A stretch of DNA of 58,349 nucleotides from a virus (IMGVR_UViG_3300009001_000013:1-58349), one strand, 5' to 3'. Shown: positions 16,623 to 24,463, counted from the first letter of the stretch. The notes: generated by a model from the sequence alone, not told the origin. Numbers and translations are program-made.

Positions 16623-17830
16623 AACGAAGCTCTAACCCTTTGGTTCCTTCTCATAAGAGCGTTACGCAAAGGGCTGTAAGAAACGTCGTATGACTTGTTT
16701 CCTTCGCTGTCATAACCACGATGACGAACTCTGAAAGGGCTGGATGTATCTACGGTGCGTTCAGCCTTTTCTCTCATCTCGTCACTTACAGTAGCTGTCA
16801 TAGGCCCCCCGTCAACTTCTCCTCCACGACGCATGTATATCATGCCCCCGTTCTTCATGTCCTCTTGAATCAACCTACCTCTACTGTCATACCTAGGAAC
16901 GCTTTGTCTGGCTCTTTGCTGAGATTCTCTTGAGCGCAAAGCATCCGATGCGGCAGAGTCTGCTGCATCAATAAAGTATTGATTGTCAGCTCCTTCGAAT
17001 GTTCCTCTGGAGTCAAAGCTTCCGTCCTCACCATACTGAGGTCCTCTTTCCTGAGACCCTCTCTCATCCATAAACTGACTTACAAATTTTCTTGATTTTT
17101 CTGTGTCTTGAGATAAGTCCACTCCTTTCTCTTTAGCCATTTTTGCCAACATCGAAATGTCTCCCGGCATCACTGTTCTATCCCCTACACCGCTCAACAC
17201 CTTTGCTCCGCTATACCCCGGAAACCCTGCTGCTCGCACATCATCGCTAGCGTCATAAAACCTAGCCGTAGGCATTGTTGCTTCAGCAAATTCCAACGCT
17301 CCGTGGAAGTCACCAATCTTTCTGTCCGTCATATATCTAGCTGCGGTAGCCAACTTCTCATCGTCAGACATATTCGCCAACCCTTGGAAATTCTTGTTTC
17401 CCGATTCAATCATTTGATTGATTGCGTCTAACGCCTGCTCGGGGTTGCTCCTCATGTGGCTCACAACTCTTGCTGCATACTTGTTATACTGCTCGTCAAT
17501 AGAACCTTCTCCAGAAAGATAGTCTTGACCGAATGAAGAGTTTCTGAGCTTCTGCTTAGTTTCTTCATCCAAGTCGTCAAGCCTGCCTGACTCCGGCAAG
17601 CTAAAGTTGTATGCGTCAATCTTTCCTTTAGATTGAGCCTCCATCATGCCTTCGTTGTTACGGTAGCTTGGAGTAATAGTCGTCTGTGTAGTTTCGTATG
17701 GGCTGCCGGGCTCCTTCTTCGGGTCTCCTTCAATCTCAGTACCGTTTTCAGCGTATTGCATCTTGCCACCGAAGGCCATGCGCAATCTATCAACGGCTCC
17801 GCCGTTACCATATTTTCTTCTGTACTCCAT
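16619..17830 (-). CDS. Hypothetical protein, probably internal virion protein
   Basis: 403 aa with repeated KYGNGG/AFGGK/MKNGG/MRRGG motifs; own late promoter. Confidence 0.6.
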   Translation of the reverse strand: MEYRRKYGNGGAVDRLRMAFGGKMQYAENGTEIEGDPKKEPGSPYETTQTTITPSYRNNEGMMEAQSKGKIDAYNFSLPESGRLDDLDEETKQKLRNSSFGQDYLSGEGSIDEQYNKYAARVVSHMRSNPEQALDAINQMIESGNKNFQGLANMSDDEKLATAARYMTDRKIGDFHGALEFAEATMPTARFYDASDDVRAAGFPGYSGAKVLSGVGDRTVMPGDISMLAKMAKEKGVDLSQDTEKSRKFVSQFMDERGSQERGPQYGEDGSFDSRGTFEGADNQYFIDAADSAASDALRSRESQQRARQSVPRYDSRGRLIQEDMKNGGMIYMRRGGEVDGGPMTATVSDEMREKAERTVDTSSPFRVRHRGYDSEGNKSYDVSYSPLRNALMRRNQRVRASF

Positions 17831-17834
17831 ACTG

Positions 17835-17842
17835 CAAATATA
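17835..17842 (-). promoter_or_regulatory. Bacteroidota -7 promoter element TATATTTG
   Basis: CAAATATA on the plus strand, 4 nt before the ATG at 17830. Confidence 0.7.
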
Positions 17843-17853
17843 ATCTTAAGCTG

Positions 17854-18243
17854 TTATCTCAAATCAGTGTCGTGCTTCTTGGAGCCTTTGACAAAGCTGT
17901 TGACCCTCCCGAATGCCCATTGGTTCATACTCGTTCCTTTTCTGCTTCCTCCGCTCATCCAAGCCCCCTGACCTCTCCGGAATACCTGCCTCAGTTTCCC
18001 TACGGAAATGCCTGAGGATTCTGCCTTGGCGTTCAGGGTTTTCATCACAGCAGAGCTGAGGGCTTTGGCTGAGACCTTGCCGCCTGCCTTCATTTTCTTC
18101 AGGTCAATCTTCTCACCCTTCTCGTAGGCTTCCTTTCTTTTGTTCATGTTAGCTGCCCACTCTTGGTCACTGCCACTATTCGGCATACCGGTGAAATATT
18201 TCTTAGGCCACCCCTTCTCGTATGGCTGAGTCTTTTTACCCAT
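17854..18243 (-). CDS. Basic protein, DUF5824-like
   Basis: SGISVGKLRQVFRRGQGAW...SMNQWAFGRVNSFV motif, recalled from the DUF5824 family. Confidence 0.6.
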   Translation of the reverse strand: MGKKTQPYEKGWPKKYFTGMPNSGSDQEWAANMNKRKEAYEKGEKIDLKKMKAGGKVSAKALSSAVMKTLNAKAESSGISVGKLRQVFRRGQGAWMSGGSRKGTSMNQWAFGRVNSFVKGSKKHDTDLR

Positions 18244-18421
18244 GGCTTGCTACTTTAAACTTCGCTTCCTCTACGGCGCCGGGGTGAGGCTTATAGTCCC
18301 CCTTCATAAGATAGTATCTACCCTGCTCCTCCATCCAATGATACCCAGACGGTGAGGGAACAGATACCTTATCGGATGACACCTTAAGCTTAGGTCGTTC
18401 TGATTTTCTAGCTGTCTTCAT
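18236..18421 (-). CDS. Small hypothetical protein
   Basis: 61 aa, PSGYHWM...YKPH; overlaps both neighbours. Confidence 0.65.
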   Translation of the reverse strand: MKTARKSERPKLKVSSDKVSVPSPSGYHWMEEQGRYYLMKGDYKPHPGAVEEAKFKVASHG

Positions 18422-18645
18422 CCCTGTAGCTTCTTGGCAGCTGCGTCAATGACTGACTTATTCTTATTCGACAGGAAGTAGGTGGACGCAACGCGCACCA
18501 AGAAATCTTCGCTAGGGTTTGCGTCAGGCGCCATCTGCTTGAGCATACCTCTAACTACTTCGACCTGTCTCTTAGCTGATTCAGATACAGCTTTAGTCTC
18601 CGGCTTTTTACCGCCGTTCTTTTTACTTACCCTACCGTATTCCAT
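18418..18645 (-). CDS. Small hypothetical protein
   Basis: 75-aa ORF directly after a TATATTTG element. Confidence 0.65.
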   Translation of the reverse strand: MEYGRVSKKNGGKKPETKAVSESAKRQVEVVRGMLKQMAPDANPSEDFLVRVASTYFLSNKNKSVIDAAAKKLQG

Positions 18646-18649
18646 AGGG

Positions 18650-18657
18650 CAAATATA
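18650..18657 (-). promoter_or_regulatory. Bacteroidota -7 promoter element TATATTTG
   Basis: CAAATATA on the plus strand, 4 nt before the ATG at 18645. Confidence 0.7.
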
Positions 18658-18658
18658 C

Positions 18659-18925
18659 TTATTTAGTCAGACCCCAATTGTAGTTGCTGTCCCCCACATA
18701 CACCTTGTAGTCAATAGACCTGATGAACAGATTGAGGTTGTCTCTTTGCTTCTTAACCTTAGCCGGTGTCTTGAATGCGTGCTGAATAAGGCGGTCCCTA
18801 TGAATCTTAGAACCCCAGATTAAACTCTTGTCGTTGCCGGCCAGCACAACATCCTTGATGCGGTACTCGCGCTTTGCCTTGCCGTCATACAGGACTACGT
18901 CACAAAGGTGGATTGGGTCTCTCAT
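18659..18925 (-). CDS. Hypothetical protein
   Basis: 88-aa ORF, co-oriented, tiles the region. Confidence 0.55.
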   Translation of the reverse strand: MRDPIHLCDVVLYDGKAKREYRIKDVVLAGNDKSLIWGSKIHRDRLIQHAFKTPAKVKKQRDNLNLFIRSIDYKVYVGDSNYNWGLTK

Positions 18926-18951
18926 ACTTACTTAACGAAGCAAGCTAGAGA

Positions 18952-19308
18952 TTATTGCTTCAAGTCCCAAACGACTTTCTGAATCTCTTCAAAGGGTGTG
19001 CCGAGCTTAAAGCTTATGTCTGCTGCGAATTGATAAGCTACCTGCCCGTCTCTATAAACCACAACCAGTGGTACAGCTGAGATGCTTTTCTGGATATGCT
19101 CTGGCTGACTGGATAGCAATCCAAATCTGTACTCACAGCCCCTTAACTTTTGTAGGTCTCTACGTGTGTTGTAGTCGTTCCACTCAGCGTTAATCTGAAT
19201 TACTACAATGCTCGGCCCGTCATAACTATACGGTTCCACCATGGTCATGCTCTGTGCGCTACCATATAGAGGTAGGCAAAGGAGCAGGATTGAAATCAAA
19301 CGTCTCAT
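18952..19308 (-). CDS. Secreted thioredoxin-fold-like protein lacking CxxC
   Basis: Signal peptide ...YGSA|Q; VVIQINAEWN and ISAVPLVVVYRDG resemble thioredoxin beta1/W and cis-Pro motifs. Confidence 0.6.
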   Translation of the reverse strand: MRRLISILLLCLPLYGSAQSMTMVEPYSYDGPSIVVIQINAEWNDYNTRRDLQKLRGCEYRFGLLSSQPEHIQKSISAVPLVVVYRDGQVAYQFAADISFKLGTPFEEIQKVVWDLKQ

Positions 19309-19592
19309 CTTCTTTTGGCTTCGGTGCTCAGTTCATACAACCGTGCCTCGATAAGGTCCAGCTTCTGACCGTTCTCCTCCACCTTCTTCTGAGTATTCAT
19401 GATGGTCTCCCGGACTAATTTGTCCTTGAGGTCATACTCAGTGCGAGACACCTCTGGCTCTGGTAACTGCTTTGCCAGCTCAATCTCTGATTGGAGTGCA
19501 AACCACATGCTGGCTACCGTCACCACAAACCCGATGACTAAGACGACTGTCTTGATATCCAATGTCACCTCGGTACTCTCGCTAATCTTCAT
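19305..19592 (-). CDS. Single-TM coiled-coil membrane protein
   Basis: Hydrophobic VVLVIGFVVTVASMWFAL followed by a coiled coil; coupled to the next gene. Confidence 0.65.
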   Translation of the reverse strand: MKISESTEVTLDIKTVVLVIGFVVTVASMWFALQSEIELAKQLPEPEVSRTEYDLKDKLVRETIMNTQKKVEENGQKLDLIEARLYELSTEAKRR

Positions 19593-19619
19593 CGTGTTTT
19601 CGTTAAGCAGGTTGTCCTA

Positions 19620-19627
19620 CAAAATTA
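19620..19627 (-). promoter_or_regulatory. Bacteroidota -7 promoter element TAATTTTG
   Basis: CAAAATTA on the plus strand, 27 nt upstream of the first late ATG. Confidence 0.5.
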
Positions 19628-19811
19628 TATGAAATTGGGCTATAGAAAATACAGCTATAACCCATTTACATTCAGCGCACAAGCATCCGCGCCACACGAT
19701 TTAATGTTAGAGATTGCCTGTGTCCAAGTGTCTCGAAACGTTGGTAGACACAGTAGCTTACGTGAGGGTTCCTAAAAGCCCTCGACGTGAGCGTTCGTCG
19801 CTAAGCTTATG

Positions 19812-19842
19812 CGAAGTTACACGAAAAAAATTAGAAAGTCAA
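19812..19842 (-). promoter_or_regulatory. Candidate -33/-7 promoter TTG-N20-TAACTTCG heading the late arm
   Basis: Minus strand TTG (19842-19840), 20-nt spacer, TAACTTCG (19819-19812); followed by a hairpin at 19756-19792. Confidence 0.5.
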
Positions 19843-20254
19843 GTCCTTTGATTGATTAAGAACTCGATTAACAGCTTGGCTACAGTCAATGAGAATAAGC
19901 CAATGATAGTGTAAGCTACGTACAGCATGAGGTTGGATTATGCAAAATTCGCATAAAGGTACGATGGGGGCTTCGCTCAAGCAAATAGGGCTGAGTTGTA
20001 CAGATGGTGGGGATTATACATACACACGCACGGTTCGCCAGCCAAACCGAAACCGATTGCCGAGACCCACCCCCCGAAACTTTTCCGAGGTTGCGCCAAA
20101 ACTTTTAGCTTTTTGGTTCCGGCATACGACCGACAGCGATTCATGGGTCATGCACTAAGGGACACAGCGCCAAGGGACAATCCCCTAGCCCTGATTCACA
20201 CGAACAGGAACACCACCACCACAGGGTACGCACCCAAACTTTTTTGCACCTATA

Positions 20255-20292
20255 CACAATAACATCAAAGCGATATACGTTCTACTACTGAA
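20255..20292 (+). promoter_or_regulatory. Early bipartite motif copy 1
   Basis: CACAATAA-N15-CGTTCTACTACTGAA. Confidence 0.65.
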
Positions 20293-20309
20293 CGCGATAG
20301 CTAAATAGA

Positions 20310-20729
20310 ATGTCAAACCAACCTAACACATTGATTATGAGTGAGATGACCAACAACAACAACGGAGTAGCCGCATCTGTAGAGATGGCTGAGATGATGC
20401 TCAAGAACGCCAGAGTGATGGCCGAGGCCGCCTTCGGGATGGCGAAATTTAACCTTGACTCTGTCAAGACTGAGCTGAGTGTCGCTGAAGAGCGGCTGAG
20501 CATTTACGACGGCATCAGCATGAAGAGTGAGACAGGGAAGCTGAACCACCGAGACGCCAAGGATTGCGTAGCCAACATCAAGGAACGCATGAGCATCGCT
20601 GAGCGTGAGATGGAGGCTAGCCGAGACGTGATGCAGAGCATCCGACGAGCACACATCAACGTGAAGGCCACGATGGGCTACGGAGACCTCCAAGGCTTGC
20701 AGGGATGCCTTGAGGCAGATGCACAATAA
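20310..20729 (+). CDS. Early hypothetical coiled-coil protein
   Basis: First plus-strand ORF after motif copy 1; start may be 20337; the stop lies inside motif copy 2. Confidence 0.65.
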   Translation: MSNQPNTLIMSEMTNNNNGVAASVEMAEMMLKNARVMAEAAFGMAKFNLDSVKTELSVAEERLSIYDGISMKSETGKLNHRDAKDCVANIKERMSIAEREMEASRDVMQSIRRAHINVKATMGYGDLQGLQGCLEADAQ

Positions 20730-20761
20730 TCAGGAAGCGAGAAACGTTACCACTATAGAAA
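20722..20761 (+). promoter_or_regulatory. Early bipartite motif copy 2
   Basis: CACAATAA-N15-CGTTACCACTATAGAAA. Confidence 0.75.
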
Positions 20762-20802
20762 CCAAGGGGAGGCAACTCCGTCTCCCCACAAATTCAATTC
20801 AG

Positions 20803-21711
20803 ATGAAGAAGAAAGTAGATGTATACCAGAAAGTGACCGACCGAATCGTAGCGGGATTGCAAACCAAGGGACTCCAATGGTTCAAGCCTTGGAGCGTGAA
20901 CGGGAGCATCGAGCACCCAATTAACAACGCTACAGGCCGTGCCTACAAAGGCATCAATGAGCTGTTCCTCACCATCGAAGGTCAGGAGAAAGGCTACGAG
21001 TTCAACGAGTGGTTGACCTTCAAGCAGGCTCAGGCCAAAGGTGGCAGTGTCCGCAAAGGCGAGTCCGGCACTGAGATTGTGTTTTGGAACATCGTCTTCA
21101 AGGGGGAGGACGGCAAGTTCTACCGCAAGATTCAAGATATCCCTCAAGGCATGGCGTTCGACAAGATTTTCAGCCCACGGCTATGGAACGTCTTCAACAT
21201 CGCTCAGTGCGACGATATCGAGCCACGCCGACCAAAGGCAGAGCCTACAGGTGAGTTCAACCCCATCGAATCGGCACAGGCTGTGTACGAGGCCAAGTAC
21301 CCCAAGGAGCAACGTCCCTCGTTGGCTCACGGCGGAGCGAGCGCGTTCTACAGCCCAAGCAAGCACCACGTGCAGATGCCGAAGCCTGAGACGTTCGTCA
21401 CCAACGACGACTACTACAAGACTCTGTTCCACGAGTTGGTGCACAGCACAGGCCACGAGACCATCCTCAAGCGATTGGAGAAGGTAGCTGCATTCGGCTC
21501 CGAGGCATACAGCAAGGAGGAGTTGGTCGCTGAGATTGGTGCGCAGTTCCTCGTAGGTCTGACAGGCATCTCGCCCAAGGACGATGAGGCCAACAGCCAA
21601 GCCTACATCAATGGGTGGGTCAAGAAGTTGCAGGACAAGCCAAAGATGGCTCTGTCAGCCGCGAACAAGGCGATGAAGGCAGTGAACTTCATCATGGGGG
21701 ACGAGGAGTAA
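20803..21711 (+). CDS. ardC: ArdC-like antirestriction / ssDNA-binding protein with C-terminal zincin domain
   Basis: YQKVTDRIV, WFKPW, PINNATGRAYKGIN, WLTFKQAQAKGGSVRKGE, VFNIAQ, FHELVHSTGH, YSKEELVAEIGA; ATG 20803 lies downstream of motif copy 2. Confidence 0.9.
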   Translation: MKKKVDVYQKVTDRIVAGLQTKGLQWFKPWSVNGSIEHPINNATGRAYKGINELFLTIEGQEKGYEFNEWLTFKQAQAKGGSVRKGESGTEIVFWNIVFKGEDGKFYRKIQDIPQGMAFDKIFSPRLWNVFNIAQCDDIEPRRPKAEPTGEFNPIESAQAVYEAKYPKEQRPSLAHGGASAFYSPSKHHVQMPKPETFVTNDDYYKTLFHELVHSTGHETILKRLEKVAAFGSEAYSKEELVAEIGAQFLVGLTGISPKDDEANSQAYINGWVKKLQDKPKMALSAANKAMKAVNFIMGDEE

Positions 21712-21726
21712 TCCTCTCCCCAACCC

Positions 21727-21808
21727 GGCCTGTATCCGCATACCACACTGCGCAGACGTGCGTGGTGGCAGGGGGGATGCTCACGAGGTTCGAGTCCTCG
21801 ACAGGTCA
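21727..21808 (+). ncRNA. tRNA-like element (acceptor stem and T-arm, no D or anticodon arm)
   Basis: GGCCTGT/ACAGGTC 7-bp stem plus discriminator A; CGAGG-TTCGAGT-CCTCG T-arm; interior folds as one long arm. Confidence 0.6.
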
Positions 21809-21838
21809 CAAAGCGTTAACGAATTTTTACAAGTAGGA

Positions 21839-21878
21839 CATACTAAAGCCAAAACTGAATCCGTTCTACTATCAAAGA
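21839..21878 (+). promoter_or_regulatory. Early bipartite motif copy 3 (variant)
   Basis: CATACTAA-N15-CGTTCTACTATCAAA, with an upstream TTAAC box at 21816-21832. Confidence 0.55.
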
Positions 21879-21886
21879 CACACACT

Positions 21887-22126
21887 ATGAAAGCATTTCC
21901 ATCAACACCAATCGCATACGCAAGCCTTCCCTACAAGGGAGTCATCAATCTGAACGAGCCGTTCATTGCGACCATCCAATTTGAGACAGGCAGTGCGTGG
22001 GGAAGAGGAGTATGGGATTTGACCAAGCGGTTCAATGACGAGACTCACATGGACAATTGGGTCAACCTGATGTGCCGCAAAAAGGGATGGACTCTCGACG
22101 AGACCTACCTCCTGTACAACAAGTAA
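21887..22126 (+). CDS. Early hypothetical protein (79 aa)
   Basis: ATG 21887 (MKAFPST) follows motif copy 3; the track's longer start overlaps the tRNA-like element. Confidence 0.65.
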   Translation: MKAFPSTPIAYASLPYKGVINLNEPFIATIQFETGSAWGRGVWDLTKRFNDETHMDNWVNLMCRKKGWTLDETYLLYNK

Positions 22127-22142
22127 AAAAAATCAGCCTGCG

Positions 22143-22182
22143 CACAATAACAAGAAACTCTTCTGCGTTATCACTATAGAAA
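22143..22182 (+). promoter_or_regulatory. Early bipartite motif copy 4
   Basis: CACAATAA-N15-CGTTATCACTATAGAAA. Confidence 0.75.
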
Positions 22183-22202
22183 GCAACATTAACACCATCA
22201 TC

Positions 22203-22481
22203 ATGAAAGCAATTCAGATAGACACCATGACCATCGGTCAGCAGTTCCTTCCCACTATCTTCAATGGAGACCTGTCTCACCTGCGCCCATCCGAGGAAAC
22301 TCTGATTGAGCAAGAGCATCACGACTACTTCCTGATGGGTGAAGAGAAATTCGGGGAGCGATTGGTGAGCATTGAGTACGAGTGCACTTCAAGTGACCGA
22401 TACATCTGCAAGTGTGACCTGACCCGACTCATCTCCGAATGCGTGGAAGTGAAGGTCATCGCAATGGTCAAGGAAGATTAA
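22203..22481 (+). CDS. Early hypothetical protein
   Basis: 92-aa ORF between motif copies 4 and 5; LPTIFNGDLSHL, C-x-C-D-L. Confidence 0.7.
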   Translation: MKAIQIDTMTIGQQFLPTIFNGDLSHLRPSEETLIEQEHHDYFLMGEEKFGERLVSIEYECTSSDRYICKCDLTRLISECVEVKVIAMVKED

Positions 22482-22500
22482 CAGCCGTTAACAACCTAAG

Positions 22501-22539
22501 CACAATAACAGACATCTGTCCGCGTTATTACTAAAGAAA
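22501..22539 (+). promoter_or_regulatory. Early bipartite motif copy 5
   Basis: CACAATAA-N14-CGTTATTACTAAAGAAA, upstream TTAAC box at 22478-22494. Confidence 0.75.
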
Positions 22540-22565
22540 GCAATTCAATTTAATCCTTTTACATT

Positions 22566-23729
22566 ATGGAAAACAAAGCATTGACACCCCAACAGAAAGC
22601 TGTAGTTGTACAGCTCGGCAACCTCCTCAAGGAGAAGAACCTTAACACCGAGTACCGCGTATCCACCGCCATCTTCGCAGAGTTTGCCCGCAATACAGCC
22701 AACACATTTGGCATCGTCCCAACTCCCGGATACTACACGCCGATGGAGATGCAGGTCAGCAAGGCACGCCGGAACGCTCTAGGTGAAGCTCTCGTCACCA
22801 CTGCCGAGCAATTCGACGAGCAGGCAGATGAACTCAAGACAGAGTGGGGCTACTACCGAGACATAGTAGTTGAGTTGATGGAGACCGAGTGCGACTTCCG
22901 AGTTTCTACCTACGAACTCCGGAGCATCATCCGCAAGGTTATTCGTGGCTCAATAGACTACAGGCAGTGCCAAGACCACAACGACGAGGTCAAGCGTGGA
23001 ATCAAGCGAGCCAAGTACCTCAAGAAGGTCAAGTTAGGTGACCCGTTGCGCAATGGCGTATCCGATGACACTCCGGTGTACGAGTTCACCGACGCTATGT
23101 TCGACGACCACATCCCTGAGTTCAACAACGTGCTGTTCATTGGGCATCAACTGCGAGTCGTCAAGGACAATGATGACAACACGTACAGCATTCAGAAACT
23201 GAATGGAACGTGGAAGTACCTCACCTTCACTGAGAACCTGCGCGACACCGTACTTCAGTTGCCCAAGCGTTTGGAAGATGCGGAGAAGCGTGCTGTGCGT
23301 GAGGCTATCGACCTGAGCAAAAAAGGTTTGTCTATCGCCAACGACCTGTTCACATCGTCGGAGGTGCTTGCGCTGGCTAACGCCCAAGGTGTCGAGCTAC
23401 CTGAGGTGAGCACCTTCGCAGTGTGCCGAGTCTCAGCAAACGGGCGCGAACCGTACAAGACTATTGCTTCGGGAGAGGTAAACGAGACCACAGCTATCTA
23501 CGTGGCCGAGAAAAACCTATCGTTCAGTGATGCCTTGAACCTCTGTAACATGATGAACAAGCAATTGATTCACGAGAATGCCGTTACCCGATTCACCAAC
23601 GCTGTCAACACAGCGCAGGAACTCCTTGAGTCTAACAAAAAAGACTTGGCCGAGGCTCAACAACTTCAGGCTGACTTCGTTCGACAGCTTGAAGAGTTCC
23701 GACAAACAATCGTGGAGGTAGCACAATAA
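22566..23729 (+). CDS. Early hypothetical protein (387 aa, C-terminal coiled coil)
   Basis: Long ORF between copies 5 and 6; the stop lies inside copy 6. Confidence 0.8.
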   Translation: MENKALTPQQKAVVVQLGNLLKEKNLNTEYRVSTAIFAEFARNTANTFGIVPTPGYYTPMEMQVSKARRNALGEALVTTAEQFDEQADELKTEWGYYRDIVVELMETECDFRVSTYELRSIIRKVIRGSIDYRQCQDHNDEVKRGIKRAKYLKKVKLGDPLRNGVSDDTPVYEFTDAMFDDHIPEFNNVLFIGHQLRVVKDNDDNTYSIQKLNGTWKYLTFTENLRDTVLQLPKRLEDAEKRAVREAIDLSKKGLSIANDLFTSSEVLALANAQGVELPEVSTFAVCRVSANGREPYKTIASGEVNETTAIYVAEKNLSFSDALNLCNMMNKQLIHENAVTRFTNAVNTAQELLESNKKDLAEAQQLQADFVRQLEEFRQTIVEVAQ

Positions 23730-23761
23730 GTGCTACTTCCTCACCGTTATAACTGTAGAAA
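23722..23761 (+). promoter_or_regulatory. Early bipartite motif copy 6
   Basis: CACAATAA-N15-CGTTATAACTGTAGAAA. Confidence 0.75.
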
Positions 23762-23779
23762 CCCTAAAAAACAAGAACT

Positions 23780-24259
23780 ATGGGATTAGATATGTACCTG
23801 ACTCGCAAGCACAACGTGCGCAATTGGAGTCACAGAGAAGACAAGCAGTACACCGTGACTGCGGAGTGTAACGGCAATGCCATCCCTTTCTTAGGAAGCA
23901 TAGGAAAGATTACCTCAATCAACGAGGAGGTGATGTGCTGGAGGAAGGCTAACGCTATCCACGGATGGTTTGTTGAAAACGTTCAGGATAACAACGATGA
24001 TTGCGGAGTGTACGAGGTAACTCTTGCCCAACTTCAAGAGCTACGGCACCTGTGCATCGAGGTTCTCCACGACCGAACCAAAGCAGAGCAGCTGTTGCCA
24101 TGTGTTCAAGGATGTTTCTTCGGAGGAACTGAGTACGACGAGTACTACTTCGAAGACCTTGAGAACACAGCCATGGTCATTAACAAGCTAGTGCTTGAGG
24201 CAATCGCAGCCAAGGCGAAGGAGCACTCAATGTGGTACGAATACAGCTCATCATGGTAG
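23780..24259 (+). CDS. Conserved phage hypothetical protein (MGLDMYL / WRKANAIH family)
   Basis: MGLDMYL...WRKANAIHGWFVENVQ...GCFFGGTEYDEYYFEDL...YSSSW, a widespread phage early-gene pattern. Confidence 0.8.
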   Translation: MGLDMYLTRKHNVRNWSHREDKQYTVTAECNGNAIPFLGSIGKITSINEEVMCWRKANAIHGWFVENVQDNNDDCGVYEVTLAQLQELRHLCIEVLHDRTKAEQLLPCVQGCFFGGTEYDEYYFEDLENTAMVINKLVLEAIAAKAKEHSMWYEYSSSW

Positions 24260-24339
24260 TCGATAGGGAAGCGAGAGGGAGATACATGGAGGAGCTGTGG
24301 AAGCAAATCGAGTCTCCCTCTCAATCGCTCCCCGACTAC
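24256..24339 (+). other. Long imperfect hairpin, candidate ncRNA or processing site
   Basis: GTAGTCG/CGACTAC, GGGAAGCGA/TCGCTCCCC, GAGGGAGAT/GTCTCCCTC nested stems. Confidence 0.5.
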
Positions 24340-24424
24340 GTCACTGAATGCAGATGCTTGGACTTCGAGGCAAAGCTGAATCTCGGATGGCCTGACCCAC
24401 GTTAACACCGGTTAACAAACTCAG

Positions 24425-24463
24425 CACAATAAACAGAAACCCGTGGCGTTAATACTGTAGAAA
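24425..24463 (+). promoter_or_regulatory. Early bipartite motif copy 7
   Basis: CACAATAA-N14-CGTTAATACTGTAGAAA, upstream TTAAC box at 24402-24418. Confidence 0.75.

Noticed and set aside
19940-20262. Plus-strand ORFs 19940-20158 and 19996-20262
   Set aside because: They lie upstream of the first early motif in a repeat-rich control region and have no protein-like features.
20285-21809. Long minus-strand ORFs antisense to early genes (20313-20726, 20794-21147, 21181-21600) and similar shadows elsewhere
   Set aside because: These are antisense shadows of well-supported genes, expected from codon bias.
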